29,934 bases of DNA from an uncultured Campylobacterales bacterium (GCA_964457825.1 CAYWGB010000001.1:1-29934); one strand, 5' to 3'; shown: positions 1-9,227, numbered from the stretch's first letter. Translations and numbers: made by a program. Notes: generated by a model not told the origin, from the sequence alone.

Positions 1-17
1 CAAAATCAGCAAAACTA

Positions 18-26
18 TGATATAGT
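18..26 (+). promoter_or_regulatory. Candidate extended -10 promoter (TGaTATAGT)
   Basis: TGATATAGT at 18-26, 24 nt upstream of ATG 51; matches the TGnTAnnnT sigma70 pattern typical of Campylobacterota. Confidence 0.5.
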
Positions 27-50
27 ACAAAAGAACAAGAGAAACTATTT

Positions 51-299
51 ATGGATACACCAATGACATTAAAGATACTAATTTTTACAACACTAGGAAT
101 AATGATATATAGATTTCTAGGTGGCAAAGTGCCATTTTTAGATAGCGACAAGCAAAAAGATTCCAAAGATAAAAAACAACAAGAAAACTCCGATGAACTC
201 TGTGAGTGTGAAACATGTGGCACTTACACAGTGCTCAAAGATTGCATTACGCACCATGGAAAATTTTACTGTAGTGCAAAATGCATTGACAAGAAGTAA
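51..299 (+). CDS. PP0621-like small membrane-anchored Cys-rich protein
   Basis: 82 aa; N-terminal hydrophobic helix, Lys/Asp-rich linker, C-terminal CETCGTY...FYCSAKC motif as recalled for the PP0621 family. Confidence 0.7.
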   Translation: MDTPMTLKILIFTTLGIMIYRFLGGKVPFLDSDKQKDSKDKKQQENSDELCECETCGTYTVLKDCITHHGKFYCSAKCIDKK

Positions 300-310
300 C
301 GGGAGTTAAA

Positions 311-694
311 ATGTTAATTTTTGGTCATGACTATATAGATTACGATGCTTTTGTTGCGATAGACTGCATAGACGATATTGCATCGACACAACCTAATCAA
401 ACAGTGTTTATAAGCTCAATAAAAACAAATATAGATACAGTCAAATACTGCAAGTCTAATGGTGTAAAATATGCTATCGTATGCCAAAGCGCCAAAGATG
501 CAATATTTGCAAATGCACTAAAAGCATCATATATCATTACTGATCCTAACAACTCAAAAGTCATACAAGAGATAGCGACAGAGTACATGTTTGATGCAAA
601 AATCTTAGCCTCAATAAGCTCAGATGACGATATAGAATCTATTGCTAATCTAGGTATAGATGGTGTTATTTTAGAACAAGCTATCCAAAGATAA
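311..694 (+). CDS. Conserved hypothetical protein (alpha/beta, Campylobacterota-type)
   Basis: 127 aa ORF with GGAG Shine-Dalgarno (SD) at 302-305, 11 bp after the previous stop; ends in LGIDGVIL. Confidence 0.75.
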   Translation: MLIFGHDYIDYDAFVAIDCIDDIASTQPNQTVFISSIKTNIDTVKYCKSNGVKYAIVCQSAKDAIFANALKASYIITDPNNSKVIQEIATEYMFDAKILASISSDDDIESIANLGIDGVILEQAIQR

Positions 695-707
695 AGGAAG
701 AGATGTC

Positions 708-1229
708 ATGCTGAAGAAATTTTTATTCATATTCATTGCCAGTTTTTACTTTGTAGGTTGCACCGCCACTATAAATCCCCAGATTGAACAATCCAGAACC
801 AAGCAACTATACTCACTTCTTATCAAATACAATCCTCAAGTATCCAGAAGTGAGGCAATGCAACTCAGCAAAACTGCCATTTCATACAGCAGAGCTTTAG
901 CTATAAAATACAAAGCCAACACCACTCCTCTAATACACAATGCACTAGTTAACGCTGGGCTGAGAGATAGAGGACTCTGTTTTCAGTGGTCTGATGACCT
1001 CCAAAGCAAACTTAATCAATATGGATTTACAACCATGACGATCCATGCAATAGGGGCAAATATCAACCGATACAACGAGCACAATGCCTTGGTAGTATTA
1101 CCGATAGGCAGCCAAGATCTCAAACGCGGGGTTCTGCTGGACCCATGGAGAAAGTCAGGAGAATTACTTTTCATGCCCATAACAAAGGATACAAAATACC
1201 AATGGATTTTTAGACGAAATAGGGTCTAA
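708..1229 (+). CDS. Lipoprotein with putative Cys-His-Asp triad
   Basis: AAGGA SD upstream; signal peptide MLKK + hydrophobic stretch + lipobox FVGC (Cys18); motifs RGLC, EHNALVV, LLDPW. Confidence 0.75.
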   Translation: MLKKFLFIFIASFYFVGCTATINPQIEQSRTKQLYSLLIKYNPQVSRSEAMQLSKTAISYSRALAIKYKANTTPLIHNALVNAGLRDRGLCFQWSDDLQSKLNQYGFTTMTIHAIGANINRYNEHNALVVLPIGSQDLKRGVLLDPWRKSGELLFMPITKDTKYQWIFRRNRV

Positions 1230-1255
1230 AGTCAAATAGACTTCCAGCACCAATG

Positions 1256-2218
1256 CTAAATAGGCAAATAGACTTTGTCAACTAGTTCATCATATTCAAG
1301 TTTGGCCTCAGAATCTGTTGTAATTCCTCCCCCGCTTCTATAAAATATTTTATCCTCTTGCTTTTGTATAAACCTTATCATGACTGCAGAGTGCAATGAG
1401 TTGCCATCAAATAAACCAAAAACTCCTGCATAAAATCCTCTATCATAATTTTCAACCTCATCAATAATCTCTATGGTTCTCTTTTTTGGTGTACCAGTAA
1501 CAGATCCTGCCGGCAGCAACTTATCAAAAATGGTGCCAATATTTTCATGCCAATCTACTGATAGCTTAGCCACTATTTTGGAACTCACCTGTAACAAATC
1601 TTTAGTACCAGCCTTGACCTTTTCTATATATCTAAACTTCTCTACTCTTACATTATCCCCAACAATTCCCAAATCATTACGCATAAGGTCAACTATCATA
1701 ACATGCTCCGCCATCTCTTTGGGATTGTGCAATATTTGCTCTTTTGCATTGGGAACATTAGCATCTATTGTTCCTTTCATTGGGTATGCAGAGATTATAC
1801 CATCCTCTATATCGACAAATCTCTCAGGAGAAAAGCATACGAATTCTCCTTTGTAGTATAGTTTAAACTTGGCCTTAGCATATCGAAACATATCCTCTAG
1901 AGACATAGATGACTCTATAGGTGTCTGAAAAGTTAAGTTTAATAGATAGGTATTACCCAATGATATTTGCTCCAAAACAGCCTCTAGTGATCTCTTATAT
2001 TGCATAAACTCTATCGGGTGCCTAGAAAATGAAAATTTTCCCTCAAATTCTTTGGCTGAATAGTTTCTCCACTCCTCAAGTTTGTAGTAAATATCTTTGT
2101 CTAGACTATCCAGGGGCTGCACACAACCACTCATCCCATCATAGGATAGTACAAACAAAAATGGCTCTCTATTTGAGCCAAGTTGATTCATCTTTTGTAT
2201 GAAGCTATCTTTTATCAT
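1256..2218 (-). CDS. pabB: Aminodeoxychorismate synthase component I
   Basis: Chorismate-binding motifs SPERF, PMKGT, KEMAEHVMIVDLMRNDLG, PAGSVTGTPK, RGFYAG, IMIRF-like AVMIRF, SGGGIT. Confidence 0.9.
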   Translation of the reverse strand: MIKDSFIQKMNQLGSNREPFLFVLSYDGMSGCVQPLDSLDKDIYYKLEEWRNYSAKEFEGKFSFSRHPIEFMQYKRSLEAVLEQISLGNTYLLNLTFQTPIESSMSLEDMFRYAKAKFKLYYKGEFVCFSPERFVDIEDGIISAYPMKGTIDANVPNAKEQILHNPKEMAEHVMIVDLMRNDLGIVGDNVRVEKFRYIEKVKAGTKDLLQVSSKIVAKLSVDWHENIGTIFDKLLPAGSVTGTPKKRTIEIIDEVENYDRGFYAGVFGLFDGNSLHSAVMIRFIQKQEDKIFYRSGGGITTDSEAKLEYDELVDKVYLPI

Positions 2219-3048
2219 ATTCTCTCAATATCCTCATCTTTGTCTAGTAAATTGCAAAATTTTAATCCATGCAAAAAAATGGCCCAAGAGATATATATCC
2301 ACAAAAAGAAAAAAAGTACAATACTGATACTGCCATAGATACTATCATATGTCTTATTGTAGAGCACATAATATACGAATAGTGACTTAGACAGATACCA
2401 AACCAAAGATGAGATAAAAGAACTCACGATAGCTGCTTGAAAAGAGATTTTTGTATTTGCAGATATTTGATAGGTGATATAAAATAATCCCCATACCACC
2501 ACAAAAGGTAAAAATTCGAAGATATGTATATTTTGAGTAATATCATTTTTATTCAAGGCACCTTGCACTATATTGGAAAAATAAAAAGAACTTCCTAAAA
2601 ATATTGGCATTATAAACAATAGCAACAGATAGATTTTAATAGCTGGCCAGACATTTCTCTTTGGAGTTTCAAAGATATCATTCACGACATAATCATAATT
2701 ACGAAAAAACATAAATACTGCAAAAAGCACATATCCTACACCAATAATGCCTAATTTATCAGAATTTTCTACATACTGGTCAACATGGGCCATAATAGCA
2801 TGAGAATCACTTGGCATCAAGTTCGTAAATATTAACAACTCAATATCTTTATATGCTGATTCAAATATAGGCAGTGTTGTAAAAATCCATAGCATTATTA
2901 CCATCAAAGGGATGATGGCAAAAATTGTACTCCAGCTTAGGCTCGATGCGTAGTATCCTATTTTATCATCAAACAGATCTCTAAAAAAATCTCTCAAAAA
3001 GATATAATAATTTCTAAATAGCCTAGTTGCATATCGCCTAGTACTCAT
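2215..3048 (-). CDS. YihY/virulence factor BrkB family membrane protein
   Basis: Multi-TM protein with ASSLSWSTIFAIIP and YDSIYGSISIVLFFFLWIYISW motifs; ATGA overlap with pabB. Confidence 0.85.
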   Translation of the reverse strand: MSTRRYATRLFRNYYIFLRDFFRDLFDDKIGYYASSLSWSTIFAIIPLMVIMLWIFTTLPIFESAYKDIELLIFTNLMPSDSHAIMAHVDQYVENSDKLGIIGVGYVLFAVFMFFRNYDYVVNDIFETPKRNVWPAIKIYLLLLFIMPIFLGSSFYFSNIVQGALNKNDITQNIHIFEFLPFVVVWGLFYITYQISANTKISFQAAIVSSFISSLVWYLSKSLFVYYVLYNKTYDSIYGSISIVLFFFLWIYISWAIFLHGLKFCNLLDKDEDIERI

Positions 3049-3051
3049 ATG

Positions 3052-4431
3052 CTAAAGTCCCATTTTTCCTGGATTCAATGTACCATTGGGATCAAATGCA
3101 TGTTTAATATCATCAAAAAGCTGCAACTCTTCTGGGCTGAAGGCAATATCCATAAATGCTGCTTTGCTGGTACCAATCCCGTGCTCACCGCTCAAAGTAC
3201 CTCCAAGCCCTACAACCATTTCAAATATCTCTTCTATGGCCTTATGGCCATCCTGGAGCTGCTTTTCGTCAGTACCATCCACCATAACATTGACGTGAAT
3301 ATTTCCATCCCCAGCATGCCCAAAGCACGGCACTTTGAATCCATATTTATCTCCAATCGCATATATCTTTTCTAGTGCAACGGGCAGCATACTACGTGGC
3401 ACTGATATATCCTCGTTTAACTTCTTGCTGCCAAATATGGTAACTGCCGGAGAAGCATTTCTCCTGGCTACCCACAGCTCATCTCTATGCTCTTTATCTC
3501 TAGCAACCACAAACTCTTGTGCACCGTTTGAAGAAAAAGCCTCCTTAAGTGTCTCTAATTGAAACTCTACCTCTTCTTTAACATTGCCATCCACATCTCC
3601 TATTAGCAGAGCTCCAGCATCTTCTGGAAGCTCAATACCCAACTTCTTCTTCAATGCTTGTACAACCAAAGCATCCATAAATTCCATTGCTACAGGATTG
3701 GCTCCCGATGCCAATGATTTGAATACCGCATTCATGGCATCATCAACTGATGGAAAAATACCCATATAGCCTGCTGTAAATCTAGGCTTAGGAATTAGTT
3801 TAAATGTTATCTCTGTAATCACACCCAAGGTACCTTCGCTTGCTATAATTATCCCTGCTATATTGTACCCTGCTACATCCTTGATGGTTCGCTTACCTGC
3901 ACGAATCACATCACCATTGGCACGAACTACTCTCAAAGCCATAACATAGTCTTTTGTCAACCCATACTTGGCTGCCCTCATGCCTCCTGCATTTTCACTT
4001 ACATTCCCGCCTACAGTTGAATACTCTTCACTAGCAGGATCAGGTGGGTAAAAGAGTCCAACCTCTTCGGCCGCTTTTTGCAAGTCCATATTGATTACTC
4101 CAGGCTGCACCACGGCAACCATATTTTTTGTATCAATTTCTAAAATCTTGTTCATATGTTTTTCCATAGCCAACATCACACCTCCATTTACAGGCAATGC
4201 GCCACCAGTAAACCCTGAACCAGCTCCCCTTGGGGTGATAACAATATGATTATTATCACAATACTGCAAGATATCGCTAACATCATTTTCATCTCTAGGA
4301 AACACAACAATATCTGGCTCATACCTTGTGCGAGTAGCATCATAAGAATAGGCAACCAAGTGCGCTTTGTCACTATAGACATTCTCCTTACCTACAATCT
4401 TGGCAATTTGGTTGATATGCTTTATATCCAT
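3052..4431 (-). CDS. glcD: FAD-linked 2-hydroxy-acid oxidase, GlcD-like
   Basis: PRGAGSGFTGG, PPDPAS, GGNVSENAGG, GHAGDGNIH, LSGEHGIG, LNPGK motifs; AGGA SD at 4437-4440. Confidence 0.88.
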   Translation of the reverse strand: MDIKHINQIAKIVGKENVYSDKAHLVAYSYDATRTRYEPDIVVFPRDENDVSDILQYCDNNHIVITPRGAGSGFTGGALPVNGGVMLAMEKHMNKILEIDTKNMVAVVQPGVINMDLQKAAEEVGLFYPPDPASEEYSTVGGNVSENAGGMRAAKYGLTKDYVMALRVVRANGDVIRAGKRTIKDVAGYNIAGIIIASEGTLGVITEITFKLIPKPRFTAGYMGIFPSVDDAMNAVFKSLASGANPVAMEFMDALVVQALKKKLGIELPEDAGALLIGDVDGNVKEEVEFQLETLKEAFSSNGAQEFVVARDKEHRDELWVARRNASPAVTIFGSKKLNEDISVPRSMLPVALEKIYAIGDKYGFKVPCFGHAGDGNIHVNVMVDGTDEKQLQDGHKAIEEIFEMVVGLGGTLSGEHGIGTSKAAFMDIAFSPEELQLFDDIKHAFDPNGTLNPGKMGL

Positions 4432-4457
4432 AATTTTCCTTTGCTTGAATTGTATCG

Positions 4458-4463
4458 ATTATA
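4458..4463 (-). promoter_or_regulatory. -10 box (TATAAT) for glcD-yihY-pabB
   Basis: Perfect TATAAT on the minus strand 26 nt upstream of the glcD start. Confidence 0.6.
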
Positions 4464-4502
4464 CTAATAAAAGAGTAAAAGGTAATTGAGGAGATTATTT
4501 AG

Positions 4503-4508
4503 TATAAT
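4503..4508 (+). promoter_or_regulatory. -10 box (TATAAT) for csd3-NUDIX
   Basis: Perfect TATAAT followed by GGAGG SD (4522-4526) and TTG at 4532. Confidence 0.6.
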
Positions 4509-4531
4509 TTGTCTTTATTTTGGAGGCTTAT

Positions 4532-5752
4532 TTGAAGAAGATTATACTATTTATTATATGCACGGCTACCATGTATGCATCAAGTATTCACTATAAGCAG
4601 TGGAAACATGATTATACTTTTGGCACTTATATGAGAGAGCACAACATCAGTGATGACTTTTTAGATAAAATCTCCAATGAGGATTTAGTTTTTCTATCAG
4701 AAATTCAAGCTGGCACCAATTACTACGAACTAACTAGTCATGAAAAACTGATGCAGACACTCATCCCTATCGGCGAAGAGATGCAAATATATATTTTTAG
4801 AGATTTGCGAAATGGACAACTAAAATTTGATATCATCCCTATAGCTCACAAAGAGATTGATGATGAAGTATTAGTAAATATAGATGATAAATTCGAAAAA
4901 ACCATACTCAGCAAACTAAAAAATCCAACCCTCTTAGTCTCTCTCGCTAAAATGTATAAACGATATATTAAGTTATCCAAACTCCAGAAAGGCGACAAGC
5001 TCTCTTTGTTGTACACCCAAAAAAGTAGACTAGGGAAGGCAATATCGACACCACATATCAAAGCTGCCCTCGTAGAACATAAAGGAAAAAAACAATATCT
5101 ATTCAAAGATCAAAATGATCTATATCATCCAGAGACATTCAAAAAATTAGCATACACACAAAGCAAAACCATCATAGCTTCTCGTAGTAAATATTTTGTA
5201 AAACCTCTTAATGTGATGAGGATAACATCAAAGTTTACATATAAAAGGTGGCATCCAATCCTCAAAAGATATAGACCGCACCTAGGCCTAGACATAGGAG
5301 CAAAAACAGGCACCAAAATACATGCCACAAATGACGGCAGAGTTGTATATGCTGGGTGGCTTGGGGGCTATGGCAAAGTAACAAAAATAAAACACGCCAA
5401 TGGTTTCCTATCCCTATATGCTCACCAAAGCAAAATTCTTGTCAAAAGAGGTCAAAAAGTCAAAAGTGGACAGACTATAGGATATGTTGGAAATACAGGC
5501 AGAAGCACAGGGTCACATCTACATTTTGGACTCTATAAGCATGGAAAACCTGTCAATCCTAGTAAATATATTGGCAAAAGGAAAATCGGTGTTGACAAAA
5601 AGATCACACAGAAGTTTACAAAATATAAACAGATAAACATAAAAAATGCCATAGAAAACAAAAAAGTTTTAGAGAATATTCAAGCAGGAGATGAGCAAGG
5701 TTTCCAATTTGAAATGTATGACAAGCCATATGATACCATCACTGGTGATTAG
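4532..5752 (+). CDS. csd3: M23 peptidoglycan DD-peptidase, Csd3/HdpA-like
   Basis: HxxxD (HLGLD) and HxH (HLH) M23 zinc motifs; Csd3-type N-terminal region. Start moved from 4520 to TTG 4532 because GGAGG lies at 4522-4526. Neighbours glcD and a NUDIX gene as I recall for H. pylori HP0506-0509. Confidence 0.8.
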   Translation: MKKIILFIICTATMYASSIHYKQWKHDYTFGTYMREHNISDDFLDKISNEDLVFLSEIQAGTNYYELTSHEKLMQTLIPIGEEMQIYIFRDLRNGQLKFDIIPIAHKEIDDEVLVNIDDKFEKTILSKLKNPTLLVSLAKMYKRYIKLSKLQKGDKLSLLYTQKSRLGKAISTPHIKAALVEHKGKKQYLFKDQNDLYHPETFKKLAYTQSKTIIASRSKYFVKPLNVMRITSKFTYKRWHPILKRYRPHLGLDIGAKTGTKIHATNDGRVVYAGWLGGYGKVTKIKHANGFLSLYAHQSKILVKRGQKVKSGQTIGYVGNTGRSTGSHLHFGLYKHGKPVNPSKYIGKRKIGVDKKITQKFTKYKQINIKNAIENKKVLENIQAGDEQGFQFEMYDKPYDTITGD

Positions 5753-6319
5753 ATGAATAATGATATCGAAGATTTCACATTAGAGTCTCTGACTGACCCA
5801 CAATATATCACAGCCTCATTGGCAACATATAAACAAAACTCCATACAAAAAAACTGGGAAGTCATACAAGCCCATGATAGTGTTGCAATATTAATATACC
5901 ATACGACCAACGATAGTTTCGTGTTGGTCAAGCAATTTAGGCCTGCAGTCTATATGCATAATAACAATGGCACGACTATCGAACTATGTGCTGGCATACT
6001 AGACAAAAAATGCTCCTTGGAGCAAACTGCTATAGAGGAGATTGCAGAAGAGTGTGGATATAAAGTTGATTTAGACAATCTTCAAGAGATTACCTCTTTT
6101 TACACATCTGTTGGTTTTGCTGGGAGCAAACAGACACTATTCTATGCAGAGGTTAACGAAGAGAACAAGGTCTCTGATGGTGGAGGTGTTGATGATGAGC
6201 AAATAGAAGTTATAGAGTTGTCAACCTGTCAAGCCAATGAGTTTATCCTTGACCAGTCGATAGCTAAAACTCCAGGTCTAATGTTTGCTTTTCTGTGGTG
6301 GAAAAACAACAAACGCTAA
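5753..6319 (+). CDS. NUDIX hydrolase (NudK/ADP-ribose or NDP-sugar pyrophosphatase-like)
   Basis: LVKQFRPAV, ELCAG...AIEEIAEECGY Nudix box, FYTSVG; starts immediately after the csd3 stop. Confidence 0.85.
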   Translation: MNNDIEDFTLESLTDPQYITASLATYKQNSIQKNWEVIQAHDSVAILIYHTTNDSFVLVKQFRPAVYMHNNNGTTIELCAGILDKKCSLEQTAIEEIAEECGYKVDLDNLQEITSFYTSVGFAGSKQTLFYAEVNEENKVSDGGGVDDEQIEVIELSTCQANEFILDQSIAKTPGLMFAFLWWKNNKR

Positions 6320-7206
6320 TCATCACAATATCTCTTTAATAGGCACTCATAATTCTCTATACGTCTATCACGCAGAAATGGCCAAATATCTCTGATCTGT
6401 TTCGTTTTTTCCTTTTCTATACTAGCATATAGTATCATCTCATTTTCATGATCTCCTGTTACTACCATATCACCTTGCGCATCGCACACAAACGAATTAC
6501 CCCAAAAATTAATACCACTCATGACATCAGACTCATCAGACTCAAACCCAACACGATTACAGCTTAGTACCGGCACACCATTAGCAATGGCGTGCGAACG
6601 CTGAATGGTAGTCCAAGCCTCTAGTTGTTTTTGCTTCTCATCTTCGCTATCTTCCATAAACCACCCTATAGCAGTAGGATATATCAGCATCTCTGCACCC
6701 TTAAGGGTCATAATTCTTGCAGCCTCAGGATACCACTGATCCCAGCATATTAAAACTCCCAATTTTCCCACAGATGTAGCAATAGGCTCAAAACCTAGAT
6801 CCCCCGGTGCAAAATAGAATTTTTCGTAAAATCCCGGATCATCCGGAATATGCATTTTACGATATCTTCCAGCAATAGTGCCATCTTTTTCAAAAACAAC
6901 AACAGTATTGTGATAGAGCCCTTGGGCTCTCTTTTCAAAAAGGGAACTGACCAGTACCACACTGTTTTCCGCAGCCACCCTAGACCAATATTTGACATCA
7001 TTTTCAAAATCAGCTGCATAATCGAAATATTTAACATCTTCACTCTGGCAAAAATACTCACCTTGATGAAGCTCTTGCAGGACAACTAGCGTTGCCCCAT
7101 TTTGACTCGCCTCTTTAATCATTTCAGTCGTTATCTGAATAGTTTGCTTTTTGCTAGTATGGTATTTTTGTTGTATTAATGCTATTTTCATATCAGATTT
7201 TAACAT
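6316..7206 (-). CDS. aguB: N-carbamoylputrescine amidohydrolase (nitrilase family)
   Basis: LQELH, YRKMHIPDDPGFYEKFYF, ICWDQWYPEAAR (E-K-C triad). Start is ATG 7206 (1 bp after the aguA stop) or 7191; the track's 7248 is unlikely. Confidence 0.88.
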   Translation of the reverse strand: MLKSDMKIALIQQKYHTSKKQTIQITTEMIKEASQNGATLVVLQELHQGEYFCQSEDVKYFDYAADFENDVKYWSRVAAENSVVLVSSLFEKRAQGLYHNTVVVFEKDGTIAGRYRKMHIPDDPGFYEKFYFAPGDLGFEPIATSVGKLGVLICWDQWYPEAARIMTLKGAEMLIYPTAIGWFMEDSEDEKQKQLEAWTTIQRSHAIANGVPVLSCNRVGFESDESDVMSGINFWGNSFVCDAQGDMVVTGDHENEMILYASIEKEKTKQIRDIWPFLRDRRIENYECLLKRYCDD

Positions 7207-7207
7207 A

Positions 7208-8209
7208 TTAAAACGATATTTGCATTGTTGAGCAGTGCAGACTCCCACCCTGTTCTATCAGTTTTAAACAATTGATGGGAATAATCTCCCTATCTGGAAA
7301 TAAATCTATAAATATTTGACGAACATCCTCATCTGATGAATCATTGTATGTAGGATACAGCAGTGCTTTATTGGTAATTAAGAAGTTGGCATATGTAGCT
7401 GGCAGTCTATTGTCATTTTTGTCAACAATCTTCTTGGGCATTGGCAACTCAACCAAGCGATATTTTGTACCATCTTTTTTTCTAAATGCTTGGAGTTGTT
7501 TTTTCATTTTACTTAGTTCATCATAATGTTCGTCATTCTTATCTTGACAATTGACAAATACTATTGTATCCTCATTTACAAATCTTGCCAATGTATCGAT
7601 ATGAGAATCCGTATCGTCACCCAACAGGTATCCATAATCCAACCACAAAAAATGAGTAGCTCCAAGCTCTTTTGCCAATAAAATCTCAACACTTTCTTTT
7701 GTGCTATCAACATTTCTATTGGTGTTGCATAGACATTTGGATGTAGTTAGTATTGTGCCATTTCCGTCACTATCTATCGATCCTCCTTCTAGTATATAAT
7801 CAATACTGTCCATATGTAATTTTCCAAAGTACCCACGCCTATGCAGCTCTTTACTTACATCGTTGTCAAGAGTTGATTTAAACTTGCCTCCCCAGCCATC
7901 AAATACAAAGTCTAATAAGATTTTGCATCTATCTTTTTCCACAGAAAAAGGACCATAATCCCTAACCCATGTATCATCTATTTCAAGCTCAATAAATATA
8001 ATATTTTGAGTTGAACAAAAATATTTGACAACACTTGCTTTACTTCTGCAGATGATGTAAACAGTTTGATAATATGCAATAGCTTGAGCTATACGAACAA
8101 ATGGGGCATATGACTCTTCAAGGTTTACTTTTGCCCAATCAGTACCCTCATGAGGTAGGCTCAAAAGTATAATATTGTGCTCTTCCCATTCCGCTTTTAG
8201 TCGTCTCAT
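7208..8209 (-). CDS. aguA: Agmatine deiminase
   Basis: AEWE, DTWVRDYGP, FDGWGGKF, EGGSIDSDG, DTDSHIDTLARF, PATYANF, GGSLHC motifs; GGAG SD at 8219-8222 supports ATG 8209. Confidence 0.9.
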   Translation of the reverse strand: MRRLKAEWEEHNIILLSLPHEGTDWAKVNLEESYAPFVRIAQAIAYYQTVYIICRSKASVVKYFCSTQNIIFIELEIDDTWVRDYGPFSVEKDRCKILLDFVFDGWGGKFKSTLDNDVSKELHRRGYFGKLHMDSIDYILEGGSIDSDGNGTILTTSKCLCNTNRNVDSTKESVEILLAKELGATHFLWLDYGYLLGDDTDSHIDTLARFVNEDTIVFVNCQDKNDEHYDELSKMKKQLQAFRKKDGTKYRLVELPMPKKIVDKNDNRLPATYANFLITNKALLYPTYNDSSDEDVRQIFIDLFPDREIIPINCLKLIEQGGSLHCSTMQISF

Positions 8210-8211
8210 AG

Positions 8212-8217
8212 TATAAT
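8212..8217 (+). promoter_or_regulatory. -10 box (TATAAT) immediately upstream of alr (leaderless candidate)
   Basis: TATAAT ends 5 nt before ATG 8223; no SD in between. Confidence 0.55.
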
Positions 8218-8222
8218 TCTCC

Positions 8223-9227
8223 ATGGCATACATTAAAATAAATAAACAAAATCTATATCACAATCTTAACAAACTAGCACTAAAAGCTGGCTCTATTGAA
8301 AAAATTGCCGTCGTCTTAAAAGACAACGCATATGGACACGGCATTCAACACATAGCAGAGCTATGTAGCCAACATGGTGTTACACAGGCCGTAGTAGTTC
8401 ACGATAGTGAAGTGAGCAAGATTAAACAATATTTCGAACATATTTTAGTCTTAGATGGTACACCTATTGCAGCAGACAACATATCATACGCCATTGGCGA
8501 TATGCAGACCCTCTTCTCTCTGGCCTCTGATGTCTCCATAGAGCTCAAGATAGACACAGGCATGCATCGTAACGGTATCAGTATGCATCAGCTTGATGAA
8601 GCATTAAGATTCATCAAAAGTTCCAATCTAAACCTCACCGGCATTATGACACACTTCAAAAGTGCAGATATTATGAGTAGTGAACTTTATTGGCAGCAGA
8701 AAAATTTTGATACTGTCAAAAAAAAGGTTAAGCTTGCAAATTTTGAAAATATTAGATTTCATAGTCATAATTCTGCCGCCCTTATTAGGTCTCAATCCTT
8801 TGATGATGATATTGCCAGATGTGGTATTGCAATCTATGGGTATAGCGAGCTTCCATCTAGCTACAATAATCTACAATTAAAACCTGTTCTCTCTCTATGG
8901 GCAAAAAGAGTCTCTACTAAAGTCTTACCTAAGGGTAGCAAAATAGGTTACGGAGGATGCTACACAGTCAAAGATGATACAACCGTTTCAACATATGATC
9001 TAGGTTATGGTGACGGCTGGCTTAGAGGGGATTGCAAAAATCCATATCGTACTCCTGATGATATGCCAATATTGGGCAAGGTATCCATGGATTTTATATC
9101 TTTAGAGAGCAAAGAGGATGAAATTTGCATAATGAGTGATGCACAAGCGGTCGCTAGACACTTTGACACCATCTGCTACGAGATAACTACCTCGTTATCA
9201 AAAGATTTAGAAAAAATCATTGTTTAG
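8223..9227 (+). CDS. alr: Alanine racemase
   Basis: VLKDNAYGHG PLP-lysine motif, KIDTGMHRNG, GIMTHF, HSHNSAA, IGYG, GYGDG, GKVSMD, YEITT. Confidence 0.95.
   Translation: MAYIKINKQNLYHNLNKLALKAGSIEKIAVVLKDNAYGHGIQHIAELCSQHGVTQAVVVHDSEVSKIKQYFEHILVLDGTPIAADNISYAIGDMQTLFSLASDVSIELKIDTGMHRNGISMHQLDEALRFIKSSNLNLTGIMTHFKSADIMSSELYWQQKNFDTVKKKVKLANFENIRFHSHNSAALIRSQSFDDDIARCGIAIYGYSELPSSYNNLQLKPVLSLWAKRVSTKVLPKGSKIGYGGCYTVKDDTTVSTYDLGYGDGWLRGDCKNPYRTPDDMPILGKVSMDFISLESKEDEICIMSDAQAVARHFDTICYEITTSLSKDLEKIIV

Noticed and set aside
1256-2218. pabB without pabA, and pabC-like about 26 kb away
   Set aside because: Scattered pab genes are common and pabA may lie outside the window.
7198-7225. ATATGTTAAAA on the minus strand resembles the XerD arm of dif
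   Set aside because: The partner arm (ATGCAAATATC) does not match a XerC site, and the sequence is explained by the aguA stop/aguB start junction.
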